Assembly: GCA_043228905.1 (NCBI GenBank)
Contig: JBHGNT010000015.1
Location: forward strand, 9,176,001-9,240,000
Length of the DNA: 64,000 nucleotides
DNA from: Azolla caroliniana
Lineage: Eukaryota > Plantae > Polypodiophyta
Reading direction: 5' to 3'
Below are positions 12,298-24,000 of this stretch, piece by piece; the first letter of the stretch is position 1, and the number at the start of each line of letters is the position of its first letter. The translations under genes were made by a program, and so were the position numbers. The notes below the pieces were generated by a model. It searched no databases. It was not told the origin of the DNA and saw only the letters and a list, made by a program, of their open reading frames with translations.

Positions 12298-12561
12298 TTT
12301 AGCCCTCCCCCTTGCTTCTTGGTGAACCATTTATGGTGAACCCTAAGCTACTAATAAAACTAAAGGTTCTCCTTCGCCTTATTCATGGCTATAGACAAAG
12401 AAGGAGATAATAAATAAATAAATAAAAACAAATGATGTGAGTAAAACCCCCGCTAGTCGGTAGGAAAAACCTCACACTCCTAATACAAAATAAAATAAAA
12501 TGGCAATTACACGTATTTATTCTTCTCCTTGCCAAAAAAAGAAGAGTATTTTCACACTTAT

Positions 12562-15500
12562 CTAATTGAAGAAGAAACATGGGAACAAGTCCACGTTTTG
12601 ATCTGTGGCATCATCATCAAGCTCTTCATTCACATTATGTAGATATGTGGGTCCACGATTCAAATATTGCTTTAAACGCCATCCATTTACTTGTAGCTCA
12701 TGTATCGTGCCATCGATGTCCTTGAGTTGATAACTTCCATTGTCATAAACTTCATGCACAACAAAGGGTCCCTCCCATCGGTTCACCATTTTTTGACCTT
12801 TGATGTTGTCAAAACGGTTGTCATAACGAAGAACTAGTGACCCTTTAAGAAATGTTTCTAATCTTGCTTTTTTATCATAATATTGTTTCCTCCTCCACGC
12901 TTGTTGTAAGTAGTGCTCTACCGCTTCTTCTCTTGAATATTGCAATACATGATTGTGTGCTAATCGATCCTCCATAGCACTTTCTCCATCACGACACGAA
13001 GCTTGCATAAGTCGATTACTTCGCACTTGTAGTTCAATAGGAAATAAAGCCTCTTGTCCATACACTAAAAAGAATGGGGTAAAACCCGTGGATAACTTAA
13101 AGGAAACACGGTATGCCCAAATAGCATCATCAAGAAATTTATCCCATGTTCTCATTTTATCATTAACAAGTTTTTGGAGATTTTTAACCAAAATACCATT
13201 CACCTTCTCCACTGCACCATTAGCTTGAGGATAGTATGGGGTAGAGTACCTATGCTTTATCTTCAACTTCTCTAATAAGTAAGCCAATACTTCACCACGA
13301 AAACTTGGACCATGATCAGATACAATCTCTAATGGTACACCAAATCTCGTACAAATATTACGGTAGATAAATTGAGCCACGTCCTTAGATTTGATTGAAG
13401 AAGTTGCCGCTACTTCCGCCCACTTGGTCATGTAATCAATTGCTACCAAGATATATTCCTTACCATGTTGGGTCTTTGGAAGAGGACCTACCGCATCGAT
13501 TCCCCACTTCTCGAACGGAGCAAAAACCACGATCGGATGTAAAGGACCCACACGAAGATGTCTACGTCCCGCCTTTTGGCATGCATCACAAGATTTGCAC
13601 CACTCGTGAATGTCTTTATGGATGGTAGGCCAAGTAAAACCTGTTAACATAATCTTTCGCAACATGATGTCATGAGAAAAATGACCTCCACAAGCCTCCT
13701 CATGCATCTTCCTTAGGATCTCTACAATCTCCTCTTTAAGGGGCACCCTTCTTAGAATATCATCCTTGCCTTTATGATACAAATCCTTACCAACCACTAC
13801 ATATTGAGAAGATCTTGATACCAACCTTCTTCTCTGTAACCCATTAAGATCCTTGGGGAAAGCGCCATCGTTAAGAAGCTCTTGTATCTCTAAGAGGGAC
13901 TCTGCACCCTTACATTCTTCTAAAATACATACAGGTTCCCCTTTAATCTTCACTAATTGTTCTTGAGCAAGCGCATCAGCCTCTTTATTGTCCACACGAC
14001 TTACATGTTTTACTTGTACTTTACTAAATGACTTCATTAAGCTAAGTGCCTCCTTATAGAAGCCACGTAATCCATCACTTTGACATTTCCACATACCTTG
14101 AATTTGTTTGACAATTAATAGGGAATCACCTTTGATGATTAATCTTTTGATTGCCCTAGCTTTACAAAGTCGTAAGGCAAAGCACAAGGTCGCATATTCT
14201 GCTTCATTGTTGGTGTTGACATTGGGAAGCGAAATCCCTTCAGCGTGTACCACCTCTCCATTGGGGTTTCTTAATATAAAGCCTCCAACTGCTAAATTTG
14301 TTGCCTTTCGGTAAGCACCATCAAAGAACAATGTGAAAGCATCTTCTATATCTGGTTCGGGAAGGGCATCTCTTAGCTTTGATAAATCTTCCTCATGAAG
14401 ACTCTCTCTATAAGTGAGAAGATCTGCCAATTCCGCACGCATAGTGGACTCAAGCCTAACTTCAAAATCAAACTCGACCAATAGAAGAGCCCACTTTGTA
14501 ATTCTAGATGATACATTTACATGTTGTAGTACATAGGGGAGTAGTGACATACTAGTGATTATTACAAAGTGTTGAGGGATAAGAAAGCTCCTAAACTTTT
14601 GACATGCATATGTAAGAGCTAACACCCACTTTTCCACATCCATAAAGGTTTTTTCCACATCACTTATGGCTCTACTTATATAATAAATAGGATGCATTAG
14701 CTTATTATGAGGATCTTGTTGCATGAGAATAGAGCCAATAGCATGAGAGCTAACACTAAGAGAAAGAAAGAATGTAGAATTTCTATCTGGTGGCTTAAGA
14801 ATAGGGGTTTTAGCTAATAGCTCTCTAACCCTATCAAATTTTTCTTGCATAAAAGGATTCCACACAAAAATATTAGTGCGAAGGATGACTCGAAAAGGAT
14901 AAAGGGCTTGGGCTAGCATGTGGATAAATCTCTCAAAGTATCGCACCTTTTGAACAAAAACCTCCAAGGACTTAATATCTTTCGGATACGGTAAACTTTC
15001 AATCACTTTGATCTTTAAGGGATCCACCTTAATTCCTTGAAGAGACACCACATGTCCAAGCATCGCCACCTCTTTTTCTCCAACATGGCACTTTTCGGGG
15101 TTGAGTTGTCCTTTACATTCATCAAGACGTTTGAAAGCCGCTCGCACCTTCTCTAGATGACCAATCCTTGTACTATAGATGGCAAAATAATCTATAAACA
15201 CCCTTACAAATTTTCCAAAAAAGGGTTGAAAAACATGTATAGCCAAACGATTGAAAGTAAACACCGCATTGGTTAAACCAAAAGGCATACACTTATAAGC
15301 AAAACAACCCCAAGGTGTTATGAAGGTTGTCTTTCTTTGATCCTCCTCTGCGATTCTTATTTGAAAATAGCCGGAATACCCATCACATACCGTGTACATC
15401 TCATGCCCCGCAATTTCATCCAAAATCTCATCTTGAAAAGGAAGTGGAAAGTGATCCCGCTTCGTAGCTGCATTCAAAGGTTTGAAGTCGACACAAACTC

Positions 15501-17760
15501 GCCATTTTCCATTCTTCTTAGGAACCACCACAACGGGGGACACCCACTCCGAATCCTCCACGGGGTATATGAAACCAGCCCTCAACAAAGCTTTAACCTC
15601 CTTTAATAGAGCCTCCTTTTGGACTGTCCCCAAGCGACGAAGCTTTTGGGCAACCGGTTTACTTCCCTCCTTCAACTTGATTTGGTGTTTAATGACATCC
15701 ACTCCTCTAATCTGCGAATAGTCATTTATAAATAACCTCGGAAACTCAGAAAGTAGGGAAACAAACCTTTGTCGATCTTCTCCTTGAATATCTTTGGAAA
15801 TCATCTTCTCTCGTTGTTCAAGGGTGATGGTTTCTTCCTCTTTATTGTCTTCTTTCTCCTCCTTGGATATCACATATGATGTTGTCTCCTCCCAATCCGA
15901 TGAAGTACTATCACTAGCACTACTCTCTTCTTCATACTCACTATCAAATGAGTTGTTCTCCCTTGCACCCTTGATCACTTGTTGAAGACGCATGTCGTAG
16001 ACAATGTTGACACTCTCGGAGGGTGCCAAAGTCATCAACCCATTACTCCAATCCTGAATTACATTTAGTTCTTGCATCCAAGGTCTTCCCAACACCAATG
16101 AATAAGAGGGTCCCTTAAGGGGAATAACATGGAAATCCATAGAAATACATATACCAAAACACTCAAGGATAACATCTTCTATAATCCCCATGCAAGGTAC
16201 TAATCCTCCATCAGCTACAGCTACTTTCGCAGACGAACTTTTACAAATAGGAATATCAAGCTTACTTATAAGGACTTCTGAGATAAGACTTATTCTAGCA
16301 CCACTATCCACTAAAGCATCCTTAACTATATAACCTTTTATAGATACCGGTATTGTAGGTCGAATATCCTTTCGTTCCTTCACTCGTACAACCCCCGCAT
16401 AGTGCACTGTTTTCGTACTTTGACGTATGCTCGCTAGTCGTCCCCATTCTTTTCGTATTTTTGGAGAGAGTTGAAGAAGTTGCGGCCAAGTGATCCGGGG
16501 TCCATTAGTAATCAGCTCTTGCTTGAGGTCGAAAGGCTCCACTCCTTTCCCCATGGGCATATCCTCCATATTGATCTTTCTCCTTGAACGACGCCTTTTT
16601 GAAGGATTCTCCATCTTAGACTCCTTAGTTGTTTTCTTTATTTGAGGGTTACTTGACTCCCCTTCCACCTCTTTTCCCTTATGCGTTGCTCGAGTTCTCT
16701 TGATTGGAACAACATCACAATCATCGTTAGTATCATACATAAAATCAAGAAGATTTACATTGGAAGGTATTGTTGGGACTTGAGCCATTGGCAACGGTCC
16801 TCCATCACTAGAAACTTGATTATTGCTATTTGCATGGTTGTTAGGGGCATTTGAACCTCCTTGAAGTTGATAGATACCTCGTCCTAAACCACCTTGTCTT
16901 CTTGAAGGACATCGTGTAGCAATATGTCCTTCAACACCACAAGAATAACAAACCAGGACCCATTTTTCTGGTGGCACCTCGCGAACTTGGTTGGTGTTGA
17001 AACTAGCTTGCATTTGGCGGAATTGATTCGTTAGCTCGTCAAGTCGTCGGTTTAGTTGCTCGGGGAAACTTCCATCAATTCTTGGATGATCTACATCTCG
17101 CAACATTGGTAAACTAGCTTGGTTAGCTACATTAGAATTAAATATGTTTGGAAAAACCTGTCCTCCATGTACAATAGAGGATGGATGTGGGGCGTTTAGA
17201 GTTGACACCACATTCGCATTAGCTATCGCCACCGTTGTATCGACCCCCATCCGCATCACTTTAAGTTGTCTATCATATATTTGACACACTTGTAGAAGAG
17301 TTTGAAAATTGGTTGGGTCCTTCAAATTCGCCTCCATTGCAAAGTAAGGGTTCAAGCCCGCCTTGAAGCGATCCATCTTGAACCACTCATCCTCTACGCC
17401 TCCTCGTAGACGGATCCATGTTGACCACAGCTCTTTGAACACCCTCTCGTATTCCGAATACTCCATCAATGTTGTCATACGCAAGGCGAATAGTTCCTCT
17501 CGCACCTCCATCGCACTACGACGTCGGATGTATTTGCTTCTAAATTGTTGAACGAGCAATTGGTAGTTGGTTTGTTGGTTGGGAGGTAATGACTCATACC
17601 ACTCCCGGGCTCTTGAGTAGAAAGTTGCCACCAACAAGGGCAATTTCTCTATGTCATTCACCTTCCCAATCGAAACCGCATGATGCTCGAACGATGCCAA
17701 AAAAGCTCCTCCATCCTGAACGCCATCACCTGCGAAAGCAAATTGAAACGCCATATCCAC
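12562..17760 (-). CDS. Gag-pol polyprotein (gag, CCHC, protease, RT, RNase H, additional archaeal-type RNase H, integrase), about 1730 aa; first ATG at 17754
   Basis: Uninterrupted ORF with CYSCGVEGHIATRC, ALVDSGA, CDGYSGY, FFDGAYR..NNEAEY..KGDS..NKEADALA, HEEACGGH..CDAC, WGID/VSDHG/NGAVE and WEGPF. Confidence 0.95.
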   Translation of the reverse strand: MDMAFQFAFAGDGVQDGGAFLASFEHHAVSIGKVNDIEKLPLLVATFYSRAREWYESLPPNQQTNYQLLVQQFRSKYIRRRSAMEVREELFALRMTTLMEYSEYERVFKELWSTWIRLRGGVEDEWFKMDRFKAGLNPYFAMEANLKDPTNFQTLLQVCQIYDRQLKVMRMGVDTTVAIANANVVSTLNAPHPSSIVHGGQVFPNIFNSNVANQASLPMLRDVDHPRIDGSFPEQLNRRLDELTNQFRQMQASFNTNQVREVPPEKWVLVCYSCGVEGHIATRCPSRRQGGLGRGIYQLQGGSNAPNNHANSNNQVSSDGGPLPMAQVPTIPSNVNLLDFMYDTNDDCDVVPIKRTRATHKGKEVEGESSNPQIKKTTKESKMENPSKRRRSRRKINMEDMPMGKGVEPFDLKQELITNGPRITWPQLLQLSPKIRKEWGRLASIRQSTKTVHYAGVVRVKERKDIRPTIPVSIKGYIVKDALVDSGARISLISEVLISKLDIPICKSSSAKVAVADGGLVPCMGIIEDVILECFGICISMDFHVIPLKGPSYSLVLGRPWMQELNVIQDWSNGLMTLAPSESVNIVYDMRLQQVIKGARENNSFDSEYEEESSASDSTSSDWEETTSYVISKEEKEDNKEEETITLEQREKMISKDIQGEDRQRFVSLLSEFPRLFINDYSQIRGVDVIKHQIKLKEGSKPVAQKLRRLGTVQKEALLKEVKALLRAGFIYPVEDSEWVSPVVVVPKKNGKWRVCVDFKPLNAATKRDHFPLPFQDEILDEIAGHEMYTVCDGYSGYFQIRIAEEDQRKTTFITPWGCFAYKCMPFGLTNAVFTFNRLAIHVFQPFFGKFVRVFIDYFAIYSTRIGHLEKVRAAFKRLDECKGQLNPEKCHVGEKEVAMLGHVVSLQGIKVDPLKIKVIESLPYPKDIKSLEVFVQKVRYFERFIHMLAQALYPFRVILRTNIFVWNPFMQEKFDRVRELLAKTPILKPPDRNSTFFLSLSVSSHAIGSILMQQDPHNKLMHPIYYISRAISDVEKTFMDVEKWVLALTYACQKFRSFLIPQHFVIITSMSLLPYVLQHVNVSSRITKWALLLVEFDFEVRLESTMRAELADLLTYRESLHEEDLSKLRDALPEPDIEDAFTLFFDGAYRKATNLAVGGFILRNPNGEVVHAEGISLPNVNTNNEAEYATLCFALRLCKARAIKRLIIKGDSLLIVKQIQGMWKCQSDGLRGFYKEALSLMKSFSKVQVKHVSRVDNKEADALAQEQLVKIKGEPVCILEECKGAESLLEIQELLNDGAFPKDLNGLQRRRLVSRSSQYVVVGKDLYHKGKDDILRRVPLKEEIVEILRKMHEEACGGHFSHDIMLRKIMLTGFTWPTIHKDIHEWCKSCDACQKAGRRHLRVGPLHPIVVFAPFEKWGIDAVGPLPKTQHGKEYILVAIDYMTKWAEVAATSSIKSKDVAQFIYRNICTRFGVPLEIVSDHGPSFRGEVLAYLLEKLKIKHRYSTPYYPQANGAVEKVNGILVKNLQKLVNDKMRTWDKFLDDAIWAYRVSFKLSTGFTPFFLVYGQEALFPIELQVRSNRLMQASCRDGESAMEDRLAHNHVLQYSREEAVEHYLQQAWRRKQYYDKKARLETFLKGSLVLRYDNRFDNIKGQKMVNRWEGPFVVHEVYDNGSYQLKDIDGTIHELQVNGWRLKQYLNRGPTYLHNVNEELDDDATDQNVDLFPCFFFN

Positions 17761-17828
17761 GTAATACTAAGACACAATCAATCTTCCCAAGGTACGGAAA
17801 AGATCGACCCTCCCTGGAGCGCCAAAAA

Positions 17829-18469
17829 TGAAAAGAGAGAAGATGATAGAAAAGAAAGAGAAGGAAGATATAGAAATCCAAATCTACAAAGATATATTAA
17901 TAAGGAGTGATGATCATAGAAACAAGAGAAAGAAGATACATAAACTCAAGCCTACAAGGATCAATTGATCACTAGAAAAACGCACTACATGAATAGGCAA
18001 GAAAAACACCACAAGAAAAAAAACTCCTCCTCACCACCTCACTCTTCTTGCTTTATATGAAGTTCTCCTCTAGTAGATAAGTTTCGCTTGCTTTCTTTTC
18101 CACGCTTTTTTTAGAGCTTTTCCATCTCCTATTCTTAGCTATGACACAATGATCTTCTAATCGTCATATCTCCCTCATCCATGCTCCAAATTTAGAGTTT
18201 TAAAAAGCTACGGATAGCTCTCGTCATAAGCTTTGTAACCCATATTTACACGTGATATTTGGGTGTCAAACGAGAGAGTTATGAGCATTTGTTTCTGACT
18301 GCGTTTTGGTGGTCTGCTTTTTCTCTTTTTAACTTTTCTCCATCTTTATTGCTTTTATTTGGACTTATCCACGAGATGTTAGTTCATGTCCTTGTCCTCC
18401 AAATGTGAATCCTCCATACCTTATATTCTTTTAGTGTCCAATGGCTTGAATTCTAAAAACAGTTTCACA
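17829..18469 (-). repeat. 5' LTR of element C
   Basis: Adjacent to the PBS on the minus strand. Confidence 0.96.
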
Positions 18470-18983
18470 ACTAGTTAATGATACTTGCCCTTAGCTTGTA
18501 AATCGTGTCTTATTAGTCAATCGTGTTTCTGTAGCACTTTTAGGCTTGTCGATCACATCCTTGTAGTATCCTTGTAGCTCTGATTCTTCTGTCCTTAACA
18601 AGTCGATTAAACTAGTCGACTCCTATGTCGGCTAGCTAGTCGGTCCGACTTGCAGACTTTGTCTTCGACCATCACGTCAGCCTGACTAGTCGACCTAGTC
18701 TTCACATGGATCATCCATCCAATACAGGCGACTGCCACAGTCGACTCTCAATTTCCTTTAATTAGTCGACTCGTTGGTCGATTCGATCGACCATCCTGAA
18801 ATCGGCTTGTCGACTCCTCCAATTTGATTGTCGACTTCTCCCATTATAGGGATAAAACCCTAACATTAAGCAACTTTGTTTAACTGTGTGTTGTAATTTA
18901 CTAGTCGGTTGTAACCGGCTTAGGTCTTGTGTTAAGAACATATTACAATCCGATCAAGTATAGTTCAGTGTGAACTTACCTTG

Positions 18984-19572
18984 TGTAGGGAACTGGAACG
19001 CTCCCTATACCCAACGCTCGGCCACAACCGAGCTTAGGATCATACACAGAAAACGGGAAATAAAGAACGACACAATGGAAGAGAAGAGTACGCAGGATGT
19101 TTAACGTGGAAAACCCCAAACTAGGGAAAAAACCACGGCAACCCATAGGCTACAAACTATCACTAGGTTAATATGTACAGCAGTGAGTTCACTGAGGCAA
19201 CGACCTCGTGCTCACAGATCTTCGCCACAGGCGGCGGTTACAACAGAGGCAGCGACCTCTTTCTCTCTCACACACACTGTGTACAGTTACACACTCTCTC
19301 TCTTTTCTTGCACCAACAAGAAACGACAACACACAACTAAAAGTTTGCCCTAAGTCATATTTATACTAATATGACTTTTCGGCTATTTACAAATATAGCC
19401 TCGATGGACTCTCAGAAACATATTTACGAATATGTCTCTTCATCCGGCTCATACCGGGTCTGCACCATCCGGCTCTCCGTAGCCGGGTACTCATCCGGTT
19501 TCGGCCTCGGCCGAGTTCGTTCATCAGCACTGTTCTTCTCCCTTCCCATCCGGAGGGACCTGTCTCCCAACA
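18984..19572 (-). mobile_element. Solo LTR (589 bp), related to the solo LTR at 21360-21996
   Basis: TG..CA ends. TSD CCTTG at 18979-18983 and 19573-19577. The reverse complement shares GGTCCCTCCGGATGGGA and GTGGTTTTT..GGGGTTTTCCACGT with 21360-21996. Confidence 0.9.
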
Positions 19573-19608
19573 CCTTGTTACATTTGGGTGTATCGTGCAA
19601 TACCGCGT

Positions 19609-20393
19609 TGTCGTGAAGAAAACCGGCCTAAGGAGGATTTAAGAGATAAAGCGTGTGAACCGACTCCTTTACATGGGGACGCATACATTAATAACTTTAC
19701 ACATGACTAGGAGTAGGTCGGCATGATGTAAATATACTAGGAAGAATATATTTATTAGCTAGAAAATCGAAGTGTATCTCTGCCCAAAGGGACAGAGAAT
19801 AAAGATGATCTAAACCGGATGTGACAGTCTCTCCCCGACAGCCTATAAAAGGATGGCGAGAAGGCTGAAACGGTAACCCGTTTTAAGGGCGAGGACGAAG
19901 TGATGTCGGACTGGGAACCGAGCATTCTTCTCCTCATTTCCGTTGGTCTCTGCAAGTTTTCGCGGGGTCATCTCTACTCGCGAGAGAAGCCCGTGCGCTT
20001 TTGGTTGAGGCTCTATTGAGTGTTTTGTGTGTGTGTGGGTACGTGCTCGGTCACTCGCCGGCGTGCCAGTTGTAATTTGCTTAGTTGTCTTAATTGATTC
20101 TTTGGGTTGCGGCCTCTCGGTGTATTTGTGTATACTCTAATTCACTGTCGTCACGGAGCCGGTCGAGCGCGTGTCTCTATTCATTTTGAACGCAGTTGTG
20201 TTATTTGTTTTACCTGGTGAGCACTGCTTGCTTGTGAAAGGCACTTGCCAGCCTTGTATAATTACTTATCGGAGGTCAGAACTTGCCGGCCCATCGCTTC
20301 CGCTCTCTTCTCTCTCTGTTTTTATGCACTCCTCGGTCCAGGGCCCCCGCGTTCCCGCCTTAGTTTCCTACGTGTAAGCGAAACAACATGACA
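19609..20393 (+). repeat. 5' LTR of element D (785 bp)
   Basis: TGTCGTGAAGAAAACCGG...CATGACA. TATAAAA near 19844. Homologous to 46851-46929 and 55814-56508. Confidence 0.9.
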
Positions 20394-21081
20394 TCTAATT
20401 TGGTGAACCCGGCCTGAACAAGGCGGCAAAGGAGTCAAAAGATGAGAGGGTTCGAACTCGCCGAAGCCATGGCGGTTGCCATCGACCGGCTAGTGAACGC
20501 TCGTGAGGGTATAGGTGCACTCGATAGGTCCATTGAGTCGATTGTCAGCATGATAGGCCGGTTCGGGAAAAAGAACGCTCCAAGCTATCTGGAGACCTAT
20601 CGGGCCGAGATGATAATGAGGATGTTGAGAGACAAGCTCAACATCGGCCGGATCGGCTGAAGAAGCCGAGGACCGGATCGGTTGGGACCGATCGGTTAGG
20701 CCGAGTGCGTAAACCGAGAGGTTGTTTGGAAAGATATTCTGTGAGGAATATATTTGGGAGTTAGTGTAGGAGCTCTAGATGAGCATTGAAGTATTGTCAG
20801 TACTTCGGTCAGTCCTTCTAGGACTTGTATAAAAGTGCTCACTGAGCACGTCTTATGTACAAACTGAGTATTATTGTGGAATATAGTTTTTTGTGTTTTC
20901 TCTCTCTGTCTCTCCCGCGTATACCGTGTAAGCTCAAGCTCTCCATTAAACCTGAGTTTCCTTCCTTCTGTTTGGTCTTCATACTTGCTTCCGCACGTTA
21001 CTTTCTACATGGTATCAGAGCGCGAGGGTTGAGAACCTCTCTGCAACTGACACAGCTTGACGAAGAATAACAAGAAGAACG

Positions 21082-24000
21082 ATGGATAGAGGCATGGCGA
21101 GCTCGCTTCCAACAGAGAAGCTCGACAGAACCAACTACGCGTCTTGGTCCTACAAGATGCACCAGTACCTGCTTGGGCACGACAACTGGAGTTATGTCGA
21201 AGGAGCTAATGACGCGACACCTGAATCGACACACAGAGACTTCCCGTCGTGGGAGCAATCGGCGAGCAGGGTATTGTACTGCTTCGCGTCGTGTGTGGGC
21301 GAACAGCTATTGAGCTATGTTTGGGATGCAAAGACGTCGAAGGGTGCGTGGGAAAATCTTGTTGGGATTTCGGTCCCTCCGGATGGGATGTCCGGAGATG
21401 AATGACGGCAAGCCCGGAGGCTGTTACGGAACCGTATGATGAAGAGTACCCGGCATGAAGCCGGATGAAGAGTACCATGGTTACGGAGCCGGATGCTGAA
21501 GACCCCGGTTACGGAGCCGGATGACATATGTACCCGGAGAGAGATCCGGATGCGGGGACATATTTGTGAATATGTTTTGCCAAGAGCCCTTGTGGCTATA
21601 TTTGTAAATAGCCCGAAAGTCATATGTGTATAAATATGACTTAGGGCAAACAGCTCAATGTTGTTGCTCATTTTTATGCGTAGTGAGAGCAGCCGAGTGA
21701 GAGCAGCCGAGAGAGAGCAGCCGAGAGAGAGACGAAGAGGTCGTTGCCTCTGTGTATTACCGCCGCCTGTGGCGAAGACAGTGAGCTCAAGGTTGTTGCC
21801 TTGTAGCTTCACCAGTGTACATCCCTGTTCATAGTGATAGTTGGAGTTTGAGGACTCCCGTGGTTTTTCCCATTTGGGGTTTTCCACGTAAAACATCCAG
21901 TGTACCTTCCTCTCTATTGTCCTCGTGCACTTTGTATTTCCCGGTTTCTGTGAGTTGATCCTATTCCTTGGTTGTGGCCGAGCACTGTTTTCAACAAATC
22001 TGAAGAAAATTTTCGCCGCGAGCACCATAGCCAGGAAGCTTCAGCTCCGACAGGAGTTGAGCAACCTACGACAACGCGACTTGTCGGTGGCGGACTATAC
22101 CTCGAAGATCAAGGATATCTGCGACTCCCTCGCCTCCATAGACGTGAACATCGAGGAGAGCGAGATGGTCCAGATCTGTCTCGGAGGTTTGGCGTCGAAG
22201 TTCAGAGCGTTCCGAACGGCTGTGTGTACCCGGGAGAATACGTCGTCCTTTTTCGACCTACAGTCGATGCTCCTGGTAGAGGAGAACCACGTGGGTGCGT
22301 CGACGAGCACGCACACCGACAGCAGAATGTTGTACACAGAGGGAGATAGGCCCCGTGGACGTGGAGGACGAGGCGAGTCGGCACGCAATGGAGGCGGCCG
22401 ACGAGATCAAGAAAGAAGGCACCGAAGTGATGCTGACAGCAACTCCGAACCCTCCGGAAACAGGGGGAGTCGAAGCGATGAGAACCGGCAAGGGAAGTCC
22501 ATCGCGGAGTGCTGGTACTGTGACAAGAAAGGCCACAAGGAAAGTGACTGCTGGAAGAAACGCGCCGATTCGGAGAGAACTGGTTCCGAGAACGGCTCCA
22601 AACATATCGACAAGGGAAATCGGCAGCGATCGCACTACGCCGAAGACTCCGGGGGAGCCGGAGAAGGGACTGCCTTCGTGACGAGACACGAAGCAAACTC
22701 AATGAAGAAGACCACCCCGAGATCGGACGAGGTGTGGTACGTAGACTCCGGCGCGTCAAACCACATGACGAGCCAAAAGGAGTGGTTCTCGTACCTTGAA
22801 AAACCGGTACAACCTGGAGTAGTCGCAACAGGAGACGACACTCCGCACCTGATCGCGAATGTCGGAGAAGTTCCCCTTAGCCATGTCGGGTAGAAAGGGA
22901 AACTCATGAACGTGTTGCATGTTCCGACAATCACGAAAAACTTGGTCTCGGTCGGACAGATCGTCGACCAAGGGATGGAGGTTCGGTTTACACATCTCGG
23001 GTGCTTCATTGAGGAAGAAGGCCATGTGATTGCGCAAGGGCGTAGAGACGGGAGGATGTTCATCCTCGACTCCACTAACGGAGGCACCGCAATGTTCGCG
23101 AAGGGACAAAAGACCGAGTTGGATATCGACTTGTGGCACAAGCGGATAGGCCACGTCAACCACCAACGGCTTTAAGATTTGCAATCGAAACAAGTAGTGT
23201 TCGGATTGCCCAAATTTAGTGGCCGAAAGGCACAAATTTGTGAAGCCTGCCAGCTCGGGAAGCAACACCGACTTCCCTTCCCCAACGAGCAAAATTGGAG
23301 CCGGAACAAGCTCGACCTTATACAGTCCGATGTATGGGGACCTGCACAAAACGTTAGTCTTGGCGGGAGCCGATATTTCGTCTCCATCATCGACGACCAC
23401 ACGCAGCACACGTGGATCTACCTCATTGAGAGGAAGAGCGAAGTCTTCGACTGTTTCCGGGACCTCAAAGGGTTCGTGGAAGCCGAAACGGGTCGAAAGA
23501 TCAAGTGCCTGCGGTCGGATGGCGGAAAAGAGTACTTTTCCGGTCAATTCAATGGTTACCTACAACAAATGGGAATTCGCCGCGAATTCAGTTGTAGATA
23601 CACGCCGGAGTAGAACGGCGTGGCCGAGAGAAAGAATCGGTCGATTGTGGAAGCAGCACGGGCGATGCTGGAGGAGAAGAGCTTGCCCAAGTTCTATTGG
23701 GCCGAGGTGGTAAGGACCGCGGTATACATCCAGAACCGGATCGGAGATCAAGTGTCGGCGCACGAGCTATATTTCGGAACGAAGCTGAACTTGCGACACT
23801 TGAGGGTGTTCGGTAGCCTTGCGTATGTGCATGTACCGAAGGAGAAAAGGAGGAAGCTGGACGCAAAGGCCGAGAAATGCATCTTGGTCAGTTACTCGGA
23901 CGAGCAGAAGGGTTATAAGTGCTATAACCCTCGCACCAAACAAGCGCGTGTCAGCCGCGACATTGTGTTTGACAAGTCCGCGTCCTGGTACCTGCCCCCA

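Larger units (their letters stand above)
11657..18469 (-). mobile_element. Element C: young Tat-type (OTA, non-chromovirus) Ty3/gypsy retrotransposon
   Basis: 641-bp LTRs at 11657-12297 and 17829-18469 with 1 mismatch seen. TSD ACTAG at 11652-11656 and 18470-18474. PBS TGGCGCTCCAGGGAGGGT at 17807-17824 (tRNA-Asn-like). PPT near 12303-12314. Confidence 0.97.
9394..19582 (+). mobile_element. 5'-truncated Ty3/gypsy chromovirus relic (Tcn1-like); integrase, chromodomain and a split 3' LTR
   Basis: CHD..AGHFG..CDIC, MDFITDLP, IVSDHG, KLGPF and DYEVQEILDS lie in 10140-11340. PPT AAGGGGGA at 11352-11359. LTR runs from TGTCAC (11363) to GTTACA (19582) and is interrupted by C and a solo LTR. The right end is less certain. 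Confidence 0.8.

Noticed and set aside
21972-23866. Many overlapping antisense and alternate-frame ORFs in copia A/B/E
   Set aside because: They are expected shadows of GC-rich gag-pol and have no independent motifs.
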